Shown here: positions 30,651-41,403 of the stretch, in pieces
Position numbering within the stretch: the first letter of the stretch is position 1
Layout: every line of letters starts with the position of its first letter
Assembly: GCA_016283935.1 (NCBI GenBank)
Contig: JAEENX010000007.1
Location: forward strand, 13,123 to 77,122
Length of the DNA stretch: 64,000 bases
Source: Bacilli bacterium
GTDB lineage: Bacteria; Bacillota_I; Bacilli_A; RF39; UBA660
Reading direction: 5' to 3'
Position numbers and translations under genes: made by a program
Notes under the pieces: model-generated
What the model was told of the DNA's origin: nothing
What the model saw: only the letters and a program-made list of their open reading frames with translations
Database searches by the model: none

Positions 30651-31814
30651 CTACTCTTCTATTGTTTTTTCGGTCAATTCTACTTCTTTTTGAGAGCTTG
30701 TCTTTTCTTCAATAAAGTCAACAACTAACTCATAAATTATAGTGAAGCATGGTACTGCTATTAGTAATCCAACAATTTTGAATAAACCACCAAATACTAG
30801 TATTGCAAATAATACCCAGAATGATGGTAAACCTGTTGCTTTACTTTGAATTCTTGGAGTAACTAAGTTAGCATCAATTTGTTGTAATACAACCATAAAT
30901 ATTACAAATATTACAGCTTTAACTGGATCAACTAATAATATTAACAATGCGCTTGGGATTGATCCAAGATATGGACCAAAGTATGGAATCAAATCAGTTA
31001 CTGCAATTATAAATGCAATTAGTAATGGATATGGATATCCAAATATAATTGTAAATATTAAAGTACATACAAATACAAAGCAGAATGAATCAGCTAATTT
31101 ACCAATCATGAAATTGATAAATATGTCATTAATATGTTTAAGTTTCTTAATAAATTTATCAACCTTTTTATCATTAAATAATGCATATAATAGTTTCTTT
31201 GATCCTTTAGAAACTTTCTTTGTATTAGATAAAATATAAACAGCAAATACTAATCCAATAATGAAATTGAATATTGCTTTTAAGAATCCTAATATTCCAT
31301 TCCCTAATCCATTTAACATTCCTGTTACATTTGGTAAAACATTATCATTTAATAGTTTTAATAAATATTCAGTCATCTTAGCATAATCAACATCAGGATT
31401 ATTAATCCATCTACTCATAAATTCAACAGCTTGATCTAAATATTTAGGTGCATTTGTAATTAAGCTTAAAATACTTTGAAGTAATTGAGGAATTAAATAT
31501 CCTATTATTGCTCCTAATAAAGCAACAAATGCAACTAATGTAAGACCAATACTTAAATCTCTTCTTACATTTTCTTTTTTAACTTTTTTAAATATATTTC
31601 TTTCTACAATACCTACAATCGGATTTAATATGTAAGCCATTACTAAACCAATTATAAGAGGTGTAAAAATACTTAGGAATTCTCCTAATACAGTAAAAAT
31701 ATTACCTAAATTATAAAATAAGAATACAGCAATAACACAAGCAATAAGAACTAAGAATGCTGTAACACCTATTTTAACGTTTTTTTCGCCTAACCATTTA
31801 AACATATTAATCAC
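30651..31814 (-). CDS. AI-2E family transporter (PerM/YhhT-like)
   Basis: Eight-TM topology and size typical of the AI-2E family. Confidence 0.55.
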   Translation of the reverse strand: MINMFKWLGEKNVKIGVTAFLVLIACVIAVFLFYNLGNIFTVLGEFLSIFTPLIIGLVMAYILNPIVGIVERNIFKKVKKENVRRDLSIGLTLVAFVALLGAIIGYLIPQLLQSILSLITNAPKYLDQAVEFMSRWINNPDVDYAKMTEYLLKLLNDNVLPNVTGMLNGLGNGILGFLKAIFNFIIGLVFAVYILSNTKKVSKGSKKLLYALFNDKKVDKFIKKLKHINDIFINFMIGKLADSFCFVFVCTLIFTIIFGYPYPLLIAFIIAVTDLIPYFGPYLGSIPSALLILLVDPVKAVIFVIFMVVLQQIDANLVTPRIQSKATGLPSFWVLFAILVFGGLFKIVGLLIAVPCFTIIYELVVDFIEEKTSSQKEVELTEKTIEE

Positions 31815-31859
31815 CTTCTATTATCTAAATTATATTATAATTCAATATATTTTTAAACA

Positions 31860-32216
31860 TTATTTGTAACATCTTAACACATTATAAACAATGTATAAAA
31901 CATGAGGTATTATTAATAATAAATTAAAATACACCATACTAAATACATAAGGCATCATCATTTGATAATAAACACTATAAATGAATATAGATAAACAAGT
32001 TAATATATAAATTGTTGTTATTGTCAAATCTATTTTTTCAATTATAAATCTTTTTCTAAAAAATAATATATCTGCGACTACATAAAATATAAATACTAAA
32101 GCAAATATTAAGTCATTATACTTATCTATAGTTTCATATACATATAAAAAATTAAAAAATAATAAAAAACCACATATTATATTTATTAAATAGATGAAAT
32201 TATAAGTCTTTCTCAT
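31860..32216 (-). CDS. Small hydrophobic membrane protein (118 aa)
   Basis: ORF with four predicted TM helices. Confidence 0.3.
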   Translation of the reverse strand: MRKTYNFIYLINIICGFLLFFNFLYVYETIDKYNDLIFALVFIFYVVADILFFRKRFIIEKIDLTITTIYILTCLSIFIYSVYYQMMMPYVFSMVYFNLLLIIPHVLYIVYNVLRCYK

Positions 32217-32779
32217 TATTTCACCTCATCCATTATTCTACTTAATACTTCTAATTCTAACATTTTAGTTGAATAAGAACCTAATTCATCAACTTTATCC
32301 ACTTCTTTTTTATGAATAAAAGGATCACTTATTCCTATTTGATATGAACCAATATATCTATTTTTTATTTCATAAGGAAATACTAATGATTCTAATACTT
32401 TATTATATATTTCATTATTATCAATGTTACAATTAGTAGCTACGTTAGAATAGAAATATAAGAATGATTCTCCATCATCATCACTTCTATTATTATCATA
32501 TCCATAGTAACTTCCATAATATTCTTGTAATGTTATTCCTTTTCTAGGAATAGTATAAATGATTCTATTTGCCATTTCTACAACACTATTTTTACAACTA
32601 TCATCTTTTATTTTTTCAGCATCTTTTTTTAAGTTCTTTATTTTTTGAGAATATTGTTCATCAAATTCTTTAACATTAATTACTCTATTCATTCTTATAT
32701 TAATAGAGATAATATGAACAATAAAGAACACTAATACACTAATAAAAAAACCTAAGAATACATATGGATATTTTTTCAT
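32216..32779 (-). CDS. Hypothetical membrane-anchored protein (187 aa)
   Basis: N-terminal TM; translationally coupled to ffh (10-nt gap). Confidence 0.35.
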   Translation of the reverse strand: MKKYPYVFLGFFISVLVFFIVHIISINIRMNRVINVKEFDEQYSQKIKNLKKDAEKIKDDSCKNSVVEMANRIIYTIPRKGITLQEYYGSYYGYDNNRSDDDGESFLYFYSNVATNCNIDNNEIYNKVLESLVFPYEIKNRYIGSYQIGISDPFIHKKEVDKVDELGSYSTKMLELEVLSRIMDEVK

Positions 32780-32788
32780 ATAATCCCC

Positions 32789-34096
32789 CTAGAATGGCAT
32801 CTTCATATTACCATTACTCATTTGTTTCATCATTTTTTTCATAGATTCAAATTGATTTAATAATCTATTTACTTCTTCAACTGATCTACCTGAACCCTTA
32901 GCTATTCTTTGTTTTCTAGTCATCTTTAATACTTCAGGATGTTTTCTTTCATATGGTGTCATTGATAAAACAATTGCTTCAATGTGAGCCATATCTTTTG
33001 GATTAATTGAAATATCATTTAATCCCATTTTTCTAGCACCAGGAATCATCTTTAATAAATTTTCAAGAGGTCCAAGCTTTTTAATTTGTCTCATATTTTC
33101 AAGAAAATCTTCTAAGTTATAATCTCCTTTTCTCATCTTACGAGCCATATCTTTAGCATCTTCTTCAGATACAATATTTTCTACTTTTTCAGCTATAGAA
33201 AGAATATCACCCATATCTAAGATACGTTCAGCCATTCTTTCTGGATAGAATTCAGATAATCCATCAAGTTTTTCTGAATCACCTACAAATTTAATAGGAA
33301 CATTAGTTAAATGTCTTACAGATAATGCAACACCACCTTTAGTGTTACCATCCATCTTAGTTAATATTGCACCAGTTAAATTTAATTTATTATTGAAACC
33401 ATTTATAACATTAATTGCATCTTGACCCATCATAGCATCTATTACAAGTAATACTTCAGCAGGTTTAAATTCAGCTTGTATTTGAACTAACTCATCCATA
33501 AGTGTTTCATCAATTTGTAATCTACCTGCAGTATCTATGATGATGTAATTATTATGATTTTCCTTAGCAAATGCTAAAGCATTTCTAATAATCTCATTAG
33601 GATTTTTCTTTCCTTCTTCATATACATCAACATTTAAACTTTTACCAAGTTCTTTTAATTGATCAATAGCAGCTGGTCTATAAATATCACATGCTACTAG
33701 TAATGGATTCTTTTTATATTTCTTTCTTACTAAATTAGCAATTTTACCAGATGTAGTTGTTTTACCTGAACCTTGAAGACCAACCATCATAATAATTGTT
33801 GGAGCTGGTTCAGTTACAAGTGGAACATAATCTCCACCTAATAAAGTAACTAATTCATCTTTAACTAACTTAATAAATACTTCTTCAGGTTTTAATGATT
33901 TTGATACATCTAAACCTAAAGCTTTTTCTTTAACATTTTTAGTAAATTCTTTAACTACTTCATAGTTAACGTCTGCTTCAAGTAAAGCCATACGTATTTC
34001 ACGCATAGCATCGCTTATATTTTCTTCAGTAATTCTACCCATACCTTTAATATTTTTAATGGCATTAGATAGTCTATCTCCCATGTATTCAAACAT
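32789..34096 (-). CDS. ffh: Signal recognition particle protein
   Basis: GLQGSGKTTT, DTAGR, and a C-terminal M-domain rich in Met. Confidence 0.95.
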   Translation of the reverse strand: MFEYMGDRLSNAIKNIKGMGRITEENISDAMREIRMALLEADVNYEVVKEFTKNVKEKALGLDVSKSLKPEEVFIKLVKDELVTLLGGDYVPLVTEPAPTIIMMVGLQGSGKTTTSGKIANLVRKKYKKNPLLVACDIYRPAAIDQLKELGKSLNVDVYEEGKKNPNEIIRNALAFAKENHNNYIIIDTAGRLQIDETLMDELVQIQAEFKPAEVLLVIDAMMGQDAINVINGFNNKLNLTGAILTKMDGNTKGGVALSVRHLTNVPIKFVGDSEKLDGLSEFYPERMAERILDMGDILSIAEKVENIVSEEDAKDMARKMRKGDYNLEDFLENMRQIKKLGPLENLLKMIPGARKMGLNDISINPKDMAHIEAIVLSMTPYERKHPEVLKMTRKQRIAKGSGRSVEEVNRLLNQFESMKKMMKQMSNGNMKMPF

Positions 34097-34107
34097 TTAA
34101 AACCCTC

Positions 34108-34884
34108 CTAATCAAACATGACTACATATGAATAATGATTTTGTGAGTTTCTAATAACTCCAATTCCAATATATTCATAATCTTCGTCATATATTCCTGG
34201 ATTTGCAGCCATTATCTTATCACTTGCATATGAAGCACTCTTACGTTCACTTCCACAATAAGCTGCACCATCAAATTTAATGTCACCAAAATTACATTTA
34301 CATGCTGATGGATTTGCACTGCAACATCCATCATTATTAATTGAATCTTCAAGCGATTGAACAGCTTGTTGAGCTGCTGTTTCAGCACGACTTCTTAATT
34401 CAGCTGCCATTTTAAATTTTTTACCTCTTTTTGAATTAATATAATTAAACATTTCCCATTCTAAATCAGATTGAGAACCACTTACTCCAGTTCCTCCAGA
34501 TGTAACAATTGTATAATTCTTTGAAGGTTGAGTAATAACAGTACTTCCTGTAGTTGGTGCAACTGTTTGTACAGTTGTTTTTATTTTTGTAGTTTTTACT
34601 GTTGTAGTTGTAGTATCTCCAGGTTTAACAGAAGTAGTTGTTGTTTCTTCTGTCGATGGTTCAGTTGTAGTTGTTTCAGTTGTTTCTTCTTCACCATCTG
34701 GATCATACAATACTTCTTCAGTCGTAGTACCAGCTTTTCTTCCACCTCTGATACCATCATCTCCATCTTTAGCAAATCTATTATTATAAATAGACATTAC
34801 TAATATAACTCCTACTATAAGAATAGCTATACTAATAAGAACTATTAACTTCTTTAAATTATTAATTTTTTTATTACCGTTCAT
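34108..34884 (-). CDS. Type-II anchored Thr-rich protein with a Cys-rich C-terminal (possible CAP/SCP-like) domain
   Basis: N-terminal TM, a TTETTTTEPSTEETTTT linker, and HYSYVVMF resembling the CAP HYTQVVW motif. Confidence 0.3.
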   Translation of the reverse strand: MNGNKKINNLKKLIVLISIAILIVGVILVMSIYNNRFAKDGDDGIRGGRKAGTTTEEVLYDPDGEEETTETTTTEPSTEETTTTSVKPGDTTTTTVKTTKIKTTVQTVAPTTGSTVITQPSKNYTIVTSGGTGVSGSQSDLEWEMFNYINSKRGKKFKMAAELRSRAETAAQQAVQSLEDSINNDGCCSANPSACKCNFGDIKFDGAAYCGSERKSASYASDKIMAANPGIYDEDYEYIGIGVIRNSQNHYSYVVMFD

Positions 34885-34959
34885 GATATTTCACCACCTA
34901 TAATTATATCAAATATATACCTATTTTAATATAAAAAAAGCAGATTATCATCTAATAAC

Positions 34960-37821
34960 CTACTTAATTTTAATATCTTTAACATTTATTTGATATTTAT
35001 CATATCTTCTTTCAACAATACCGGTTATTTCAACTAAATTAGATACTTCTATATTATCTAATAATTTTATTTTATCATCCCATATAACAAAATCTAATTC
35101 AGACGTTTCATCACTTGCAGTTATAAATGCCATATCTTTATCATTCTTAGTTTTTATCTTATTTATTCTATCAATTATAACTACAGGTTTAACTGTTTTA
35201 TTGAAATAGTTTTTAACATCTATTAATTTCATACAATCATATTTATTAGATGGATGTGCAGAAACAAAATAACCATATAATTCTTTTTCAGCATTCATTA
35301 ATTCAATATCACTGAATTCTTCTAAATTATTAACTTCAGGAGTACTTACTAAACTATCATCAAGTCCTCTTATTAATTCAGCATATTTCATTGTTGCATC
35401 TAAGTTATTAATAAGTGTTTTTCTAGTTAAACCTAAACTATCAAATACACCAGCCATTATTAAAGTTTCTAATAATCTTCTATTAATAGACTTATTTGTA
35501 ATTCTTTTAATAAAATCATAATAATCTTTAAATTCTTTATTATCTCTTATATTAACTATATCTTGAGCAACAACCATTCCTATTCCTTTTATACAAGTAA
35601 AAGGAAGTCTAATAGCACCATCTTCAAATTTATAAATATCATATGATTTATTAATATCTGGTTTTAATACTTTAATACCATTTCTCTTTGCTTCATTTAA
35701 ATATTCTTTATTTTTTATATCAGCACCTATATTATTATTTAATAAATTAATATAGAAATGTTCTTTATAATGTACTTTTAAATATGCCATTTGATATGCA
35801 AATAATGCATATGCTACAGCATGTGATTTATTAAAACCATATCCAGAGAACGGAATAATAAGTTCAAATACTTTATCAATAGTCTTTTCATCATATCCAT
35901 TTTTTAAAGCATTTGTTTTAAATCTCATTCTTTCTTTTTCAATGACATCTGTCTTCTTTTTACTTATAGCTTTTCTTACTACATCAGCTTCACCTAATGT
36001 ATATCCACCCATTTTCTTTAATATTTCAATTACTTGTTCTTGGTAAACAAGAATTCCATATGTTTCTTGTAAAATTGGTTTTAAATCATCATGTAAGTAT
36101 GTAATAGACGCTCCATTATTTTTACGATCAATGTAAGTATCAATCATTTGAGCTGGTCCTGGTCTAAACATAGCAATACTAATTATTAAATCATTAAATG
36201 AACTTGGTTTAGAATTTCTTAAGAAATTTTTCATACCACTTGATTCAAATTGGAATATACCTGAAGTATCTCCGCTTGAAAATAATTTATATACTTCTTT
36301 ATCTTCTAAATTAATCTTATTAATATCTATACTTTCATCTGATGCTTTAATATCTTTTAATAATGATAAATTTTTAAGTGAAAGAATATCCATTTTTAAT
36401 AAACCTAATTCTTCTATTTCGTCTTTATCAAATCCTACCAATAATTCACTTCCATTTGATACAATTGGAACCAAATTAGATAATTTTTCAGATGATATAA
36501 CAACACCAGCCGCATGAACAGTTAAATGATGTTTAATACCTTCTAAGTAATATGCTTCATCGTATACTTTCTTTAACTTGTAATTATGTTTTAACATATC
36601 TTTAACATTATCTTTATCTAAGTTATCTCTTAAAGATAATTTACTATCAACATTTCTTAATAATACAGTTATTAAGTTATCATCTAAGTTGTTAATCTTA
36701 GCTACCGTTCTTAATACTTCTTTAGCAGTCATGGTACCATATGCAATTATATTAGCAACATAATCTTTACCATATTTATCTTTAATATATTGAACTACTT
36801 CTTCTCTTCTTTCATCTTCAAAGTCAATATCAATATCTGGCATAGATACTCTTTCAGGATTTAAGAATCTTTCAAATAATAAATTATATTTTAAAGGATC
36901 AATAGAAGTTATTCCTAATGAATATGCAACTAAAGAACCAACCGCAGATCCTCTTCCTACACCTACATATATTTTATTTTGATATGCATATTTAACATAG
37001 TCATATACAATTAAGAAATAATCAACAAATCCCATTTTAGAAATAATATCTAATTCATAATTTAATCTATCACTATAATCTTTTGTAACTTTACCATTTA
37101 ATCTTTTGTTTAATCCTTTAGATGCTAAATCATATAAGAATTCTTTAGAATCTTCTTTATAAACAGGAATATATCTTTTAGATGTATCAAAAGAAATATT
37201 AATCTTATCAACTAAGAAAGATGTATCATATGTTTCTTTTGTTAATACATTAGATTCATAATTAACAAATTCTATTTCACCTAATTTTTTATTATCTTTT
37301 ATTAATGTTAAATAATTAATATATTTAGATGATTCTTTTGACAAAGCTAATATAGGATTAATAAATATATTCTTTTTAGTAATATTATTTACTAAATGTT
37401 CTTCCATTTCATTTTTATAACTCATATATACTTCATCATATATAGAAGTCGTATCATTATATATTTCTCTTGATTCATATGGAACAACTGCTATTATTTT
37501 TTCATTATATTTTTTTAAATCATTTACTTTAATAATATTATCAATACTATCATGTAATAAATTAAATAATACTTTTAATCCTTCATTATTAATTGGATAT
37601 AAATAAATATGTTTATCCTCTACTAAAAAATCTAATCCTACAATACCTTTTATATTATTTTTTTTACATTCATTTAAGAACACATGACTACTATTTAAAT
37701 TGTCATCTAAGATACCAAGGGAATCAAAATGATTATCCACTGCAAACTTCATTAAGTCTTTAATTTTAATTAGACTACTTAATATACTATAATCAGTTTT
37801 TATACCAAGTGGTGTATACAT
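34960..37821 (-). CDS. dnaE: DNA polymerase III alpha subunit
   Basis: N-terminal PHP domain and polymerase core motifs; 953 aa. Confidence 0.9.
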   Translation of the reverse strand: MYTPLGIKTDYSILSSLIKIKDLMKFAVDNHFDSLGILDDNLNSSHVFLNECKKNNIKGIVGLDFLVEDKHIYLYPINNEGLKVLFNLLHDSIDNIIKVNDLKKYNEKIIAVVPYESREIYNDTTSIYDEVYMSYKNEMEEHLVNNITKKNIFINPILALSKESSKYINYLTLIKDNKKLGEIEFVNYESNVLTKETYDTSFLVDKINISFDTSKRYIPVYKEDSKEFLYDLASKGLNKRLNGKVTKDYSDRLNYELDIISKMGFVDYFLIVYDYVKYAYQNKIYVGVGRGSAVGSLVAYSLGITSIDPLKYNLLFERFLNPERVSMPDIDIDFEDERREEVVQYIKDKYGKDYVANIIAYGTMTAKEVLRTVAKINNLDDNLITVLLRNVDSKLSLRDNLDKDNVKDMLKHNYKLKKVYDEAYYLEGIKHHLTVHAAGVVISSEKLSNLVPIVSNGSELLVGFDKDEIEELGLLKMDILSLKNLSLLKDIKASDESIDINKINLEDKEVYKLFSSGDTSGIFQFESSGMKNFLRNSKPSSFNDLIISIAMFRPGPAQMIDTYIDRKNNGASITYLHDDLKPILQETYGILVYQEQVIEILKKMGGYTLGEADVVRKAISKKKTDVIEKERMRFKTNALKNGYDEKTIDKVFELIIPFSGYGFNKSHAVAYALFAYQMAYLKVHYKEHFYINLLNNNIGADIKNKEYLNEAKRNGIKVLKPDINKSYDIYKFEDGAIRLPFTCIKGIGMVVAQDIVNIRDNKEFKDYYDFIKRITNKSINRRLLETLIMAGVFDSLGLTRKTLINNLDATMKYAELIRGLDDSLVSTPEVNNLEEFSDIELMNAEKELYGYFVSAHPSNKYDCMKLIDVKNYFNKTVKPVVIIDRINKIKTKNDKDMAFITASDETSELDFVIWDDKIKLLDNIEVSNLVEITGIVERRYDKYQINVKDIKIK

Positions 37822-37865
37822 GAATCATCCCTCCTTTTATACACCTATTATATAACAATATTTCA

Positions 37866-37894
37866 TTGACAATCAATAAAGATGATTATACAAT
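37866..37894 (+). promoter_or_regulatory. Sigma-A promoter for the plus-strand gene pair
   Basis: TTGACA (37866-37871), 17-nt spacer, TACAAT (37889-37894). Confidence 0.45.
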
Positions 37895-37921
37895 AATTCT
37901 TAATTTGAAAGGGTGTTGTTC

Positions 37922-38743
37922 ATGGAGACAGTAGAATTATTAGCACAAAAAAAATTAAAAGATTTGATAACAAAAACAAAAGAAGAACAAATCAGTCAAA
38001 GCAATAATGAACAATTGCCTGAACTTTATAAATCATGCCCTATTTCAATGTTAAGTCAATACTTACAAACATTGAGAGAAGAATTTTATGATATAGATCA
38101 AATTGCTAATCTATTAGACGATATTAGATATTATGAAAAAACTAATCCAATTGTTGAAAGATTACATGTGAATATTGAAACAAGTATGCATAATAAAGCA
38201 TTATATGGAATAAAAAAGAAATCACATATATTTAAAAGTATGATGAAAGATTATTACATCATTCATGATATAGAATGTGATTTAATATCTAACTTTTTAA
38301 CACTTATTCAAAATCATATAGATGCTGCTAAAAAAACTGAAAATATTACATATTTAGGAATATTAGGAACTATAAAAGAAAATATTTATTTTAAATATAA
38401 TTCAAATATAGAAACATTCACTATGGAAATACCAATAAGTGATGATGAACTACACACAAAAAAACGTGATTATTTAGAAAATATGATTATAAGATGTATA
38501 TGGGAATTAATAAAATATTCAAATGAAGATTTAGAAGATGAAAAAAATTATGCCAAAGCAAATGCATTAGCATTATACTTACAATCTGCTCTATCTTTAG
38601 TTCCATTTAAAGATCATTATAAAAAATTAGCTGACCAATTCACAATGGATACAACAGTAAGAGGAATTGTTAATACAGCATTTATTCAAGAACAAGCATT
38701 AAAAAAACAATTAGTAAAGGATGATGAAAATGAATGTAATTGA
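37922..38743 (+). CDS. Hypothetical protein; ATG at 37922 preferred over the GTG at 37913 used in the ORF track
   Basis: RBS GAAAGGGTG lies 8 nt upstream of ATG 37922. Confidence 0.45.
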   Translation: METVELLAQKKLKDLITKTKEEQISQSNNEQLPELYKSCPISMLSQYLQTLREEFYDIDQIANLLDDIRYYEKTNPIVERLHVNIETSMHNKALYGIKKKSHIFKSMMKDYYIIHDIECDLISNFLTLIQNHIDAAKKTENITYLGILGTIKENIYFKYNSNIETFTMEIPISDDELHTKKRDYLENMIIRCIWELIKYSNEDLEDEKNYAKANALALYLQSALSLVPFKDHYKKLADQFTMDTTVRGIVNTAFIQEQALKKQLVKDDENECN

Positions 38744-39860
38744 AAAGTTTGATGAAATAAGTAAATTTTCTAATTCTGCTGCTATTTTGTATGATAAACT
38801 TGCTGAGCTTGAATATAATGGATTAGTCGGATCTAAGGAATACTTTGAATGTATTGATTTAATTAAATGTGTTAGAAAATATGAAGACAAAAGATTTGAT
38901 ACTATCGTATTCGACACATCATTCATGCAAAAGTATTTAGAAGATTTAGTTGTAGAAAATAATTTATGTGATACAGATATGCTATATACATTTATAACTC
39001 CTAAAGATGACAATATGGGAATGATTAGATTAATATCAAGAGTATCTCATTTAATGGCAAAAAGAAACGAAACAACTGTTATTGAAGAAATAGATCCAAA
39101 TGAACTAATTCAATTCAAAGATGGATTACAAGATTCATTTGGTAATACGGTTGAACAAGTAGTCGACTATGATGACGAAGAAGAAGACTACGACGACGAA
39201 GAAGAAGACTACGACGACGAAGAAGAAGATTATGATGATGAATTAGATGACGACGATGATGATTTATATGAAGACATTGAAGATGATGCTAAAAAGTCAT
39301 TACTTAAATTCGAAAAAAAGAATAATAAAATAGCTCTATTAAGACATGAAATACTTTCTCATACATATCTTTCCTATTTAGTTGATTTTATAAAAAATGC
39401 TAAATCAAATGAGTTAAAGAAAGCATTATTAAAAGTAAAATATAGAACTATTTGTTATAATGATGCATTAGAAGAATTCTTCTTAGATAGAGCACCAGAA
39501 TTCCTAATGCCAAAATTATTTCAAAAACAAATTGAAAATGATATAAACAAAATGAAAAAAAGATATAGAGATGTTTATTTGAGAAATATACAAATCGATA
39601 TGGAAGCAACTTTAAATTTATTAGATGAAATAAAAACTGATGGCTTACCATTAGAATATGGAGGCCTTCAAGCTATAATTGAATGCCTATATTTAAAGGC
39701 ATGTAATTCAGTAAATCCAAGCTATATACTTGAAGGTGAAATAGAAGTTTTAAAGCAAAATGCAATAAAAATTTCAAAGACAGACTATGCAAAAGAAAAA
39801 ATAATAGATTCATTCAAATTAAAGAAAGAGTTAACCATTACAAAAAATGTTGACTTATAA
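38721..39860 (+). CDS. Hypothetical protein with an acidic DYDDEEE tandem repeat
   Basis: ORF; overlaps the upstream gene by 23 nt. Confidence 0.45.
   Translation: MMKMNVIEKFDEISKFSNSAAILYDKLAELEYNGLVGSKEYFECIDLIKCVRKYEDKRFDTIVFDTSFMQKYLEDLVVENNLCDTDMLYTFITPKDDNMGMIRLISRVSHLMAKRNETTVIEEIDPNELIQFKDGLQDSFGNTVEQVVDYDDEEEDYDDEEEDYDDEEEDYDDELDDDDDDLYEDIEDDAKKSLLKFEKKNNKIALLRHEILSHTYLSYLVDFIKNAKSNELKKALLKVKYRTICYNDALEEFFLDRAPEFLMPKLFQKQIENDINKMKKRYRDVYLRNIQIDMEATLNLLDEIKTDGLPLEYGGLQAIIECLYLKACNSVNPSYILEGEIEVLKQNAIKISKTDYAKEKIIDSFKLKKELTITKNVDL
39165..39262 (+). repeat. 21-nt tandem repeat (gac tac gac gac gaa gaa gaa), about 3.5 copies, encoding (DYDDEEE)n
   Basis: Direct inspection of the sequence. 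Confidence 0.6.
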
Positions 39861-39878
39861 TATTTAAACTGATATAAT
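39850..39878 (+). promoter_or_regulatory. Sigma-A promoter of rpmB
   Basis: TTGACT (39850-39855), 17-nt spacer, TATAAT (39873-39878); RBS GGAAGGAG before the ATG. Confidence 0.55.
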
Positions 39879-39910
39879 CTTAAAGAACTCGTGAAGGAAG
39901 GAGAACTATT

Positions 39911-40078
39911 ATGGCAAAGAAATTAACTAGTAGAAAACCTTTATTTGGTAACTTAAGAAGTCATTCTTGTAGAGCTACTAAAACAAGACAAAACTTAAAT
40001 TTACAAACTAAGACTGTTGATGGAGTTAAAGTTACTTTAACAAACCGTGAATGGAAAACAATGAAAAAAGCTGCTTAA
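39911..40078 (+). CDS. rpmB: 50S ribosomal protein L28 (55 aa; below the ORF-track length cutoff)
   Basis: Translation is MAKKLTSRKPLFGNLRSHSCRATKTRQNLNLQTKTVDGVKVTLTNREWKTMKKAA; the GN.RSH...T.R...NLQ pattern is typical of bL28. Confidence 0.8.
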   Translation: MAKKLTSRKPLFGNLRSHSCRATKTRQNLNLQTKTVDGVKVTLTNREWKTMKKAA

Positions 40079-40108
40079 TATAAGCAGTTTTATAATGCTT
40101 AAATTTAA

Positions 40109-40134
40109 AAGGTAGTACTAAATAGTACTACCTT
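40109..40134. terminator. Bidirectional terminator (perfect 12-bp stem)
   Basis: aaggtagtacta-aa-tagtactacctt flanked by T/A runs; it encloses the stop of the convergent 414-aa gene. Confidence 0.65.
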
Positions 40135-41362
40135 CTTTATTTATACAATCATTAAATCCTGAAAATGAACATACTATCCTTGCATTTGCACTTGATAAGT
40201 TGAATGCAGATTCAGTATATGCTCTTATAGTTGTTGATTCAGGACTAAATTCACCATATTTTGTCATATTATATCCAGATATCATAAATACATTATTTGT
40301 AAGATAAATATAATATTCTTTTTCTTCTTTAGTGTTATCAATTAATACAAACCCTCTAATATTAGTTGGATTATTAATATCAGTTGTAACATCATATATG
40401 TATACTTTCTTTTCTGATCCTTTAAAATCAGACTTTACTAACTCTATTACCTTCTTTGCATCTGTATCAAATTCTTTTTTACCACCTGAAGTATTATAAG
40501 TCAGATCATTAAAACTTAAACAATTTTTCTTTCCTCTCATTTGGCATACAGAATGATTATTTAAAGAAGATACAAATCCAGGATCAATATCTAATATAGC
40601 ATTCTTTGATATTGAACCAACATAATTAAAATCTTTTAACATATATTTTTCTGAATATACATAGTAATAGTATTCTATATTACTTAAATCTTCAGCATTT
40701 ATAAGAATATAACCTTTTATACCATTATCTACTTTTAAATCATCTAAAGAAAGAATATAAATACCACTTACACCTATTCCATTTAATTCAGCAATCTTTA
40801 ATTGTAATTCTGAATCTACATTAGATACTTCTCTAATAAATATATCTTTTTCAGTTAAATTAGATTTTATATTTAAAATACCTTTTAATTCAATCGGATT
40901 ACCTTGGCTTTGAGAATTAAATGTAACTTTCAAATAAATAGATGAATTTGGATCAATAGCTAAATTATATGCTAAAGCTTGATCACCTTTTACTTTTTGA
41001 TTATCAACAACAGTATAGTATTTTCCACCCTTTTCATTTGAAGCTTCTATTTTATAATACAATTCTTCATTAGAGACAGAAGAATCATATAATTCTAATG
41101 CATAAGATATTATACTATTATTATAATTTACCACCTTAATATTTTTTTCTAATGTATTATTATAAGATATTTTTTCATCAATCATATTACCAGATGAATA
41201 AGTTACCTTTAAATATTTACCATCTATTTCTATATCTTTAGCAACATCTAATATTTTACTTATTGGTTCAATAGTAACACTATCTTTCATATAAATAAAA
41301 CTAAGTACTAAAACAATTAATATTATACATGCTAATACTATTTTACCAATTTTACCTTTCAT
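40118..41362 (-). CDS. Membrane-anchored extracellular protein (414 aa)
   Basis: N-terminal TM followed by a beta-rich region. Confidence 0.4.
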   Translation of the reverse strand: MKGKIGKIVLACIILIVLVLSFIYMKDSVTIEPISKILDVAKDIEIDGKYLKVTYSSGNMIDEKISYNNTLEKNIKVVNYNNSIISYALELYDSSVSNEELYYKIEASNEKGGKYYTVVDNQKVKGDQALAYNLAIDPNSSIYLKVTFNSQSQGNPIELKGILNIKSNLTEKDIFIREVSNVDSELQLKIAELNGIGVSGIYILSLDDLKVDNGIKGYILINAEDLSNIEYYYYVYSEKYMLKDFNYVGSISKNAILDIDPGFVSSLNNHSVCQMRGKKNCLSFNDLTYNTSGGKKEFDTDAKKVIELVKSDFKGSEKKVYIYDVTTDINNPTNIRGFVLIDNTKEEKEYYIYLTNNVFMISGYNMTKYGEFSPESTTIRAYTESAFNLSSANARIVCSFSGFNDCINKEGSTI

Positions 41363-41403
41363 CTAGCTTCACCTAATATAATTATATACTAAATACCTAT
41401 ATT

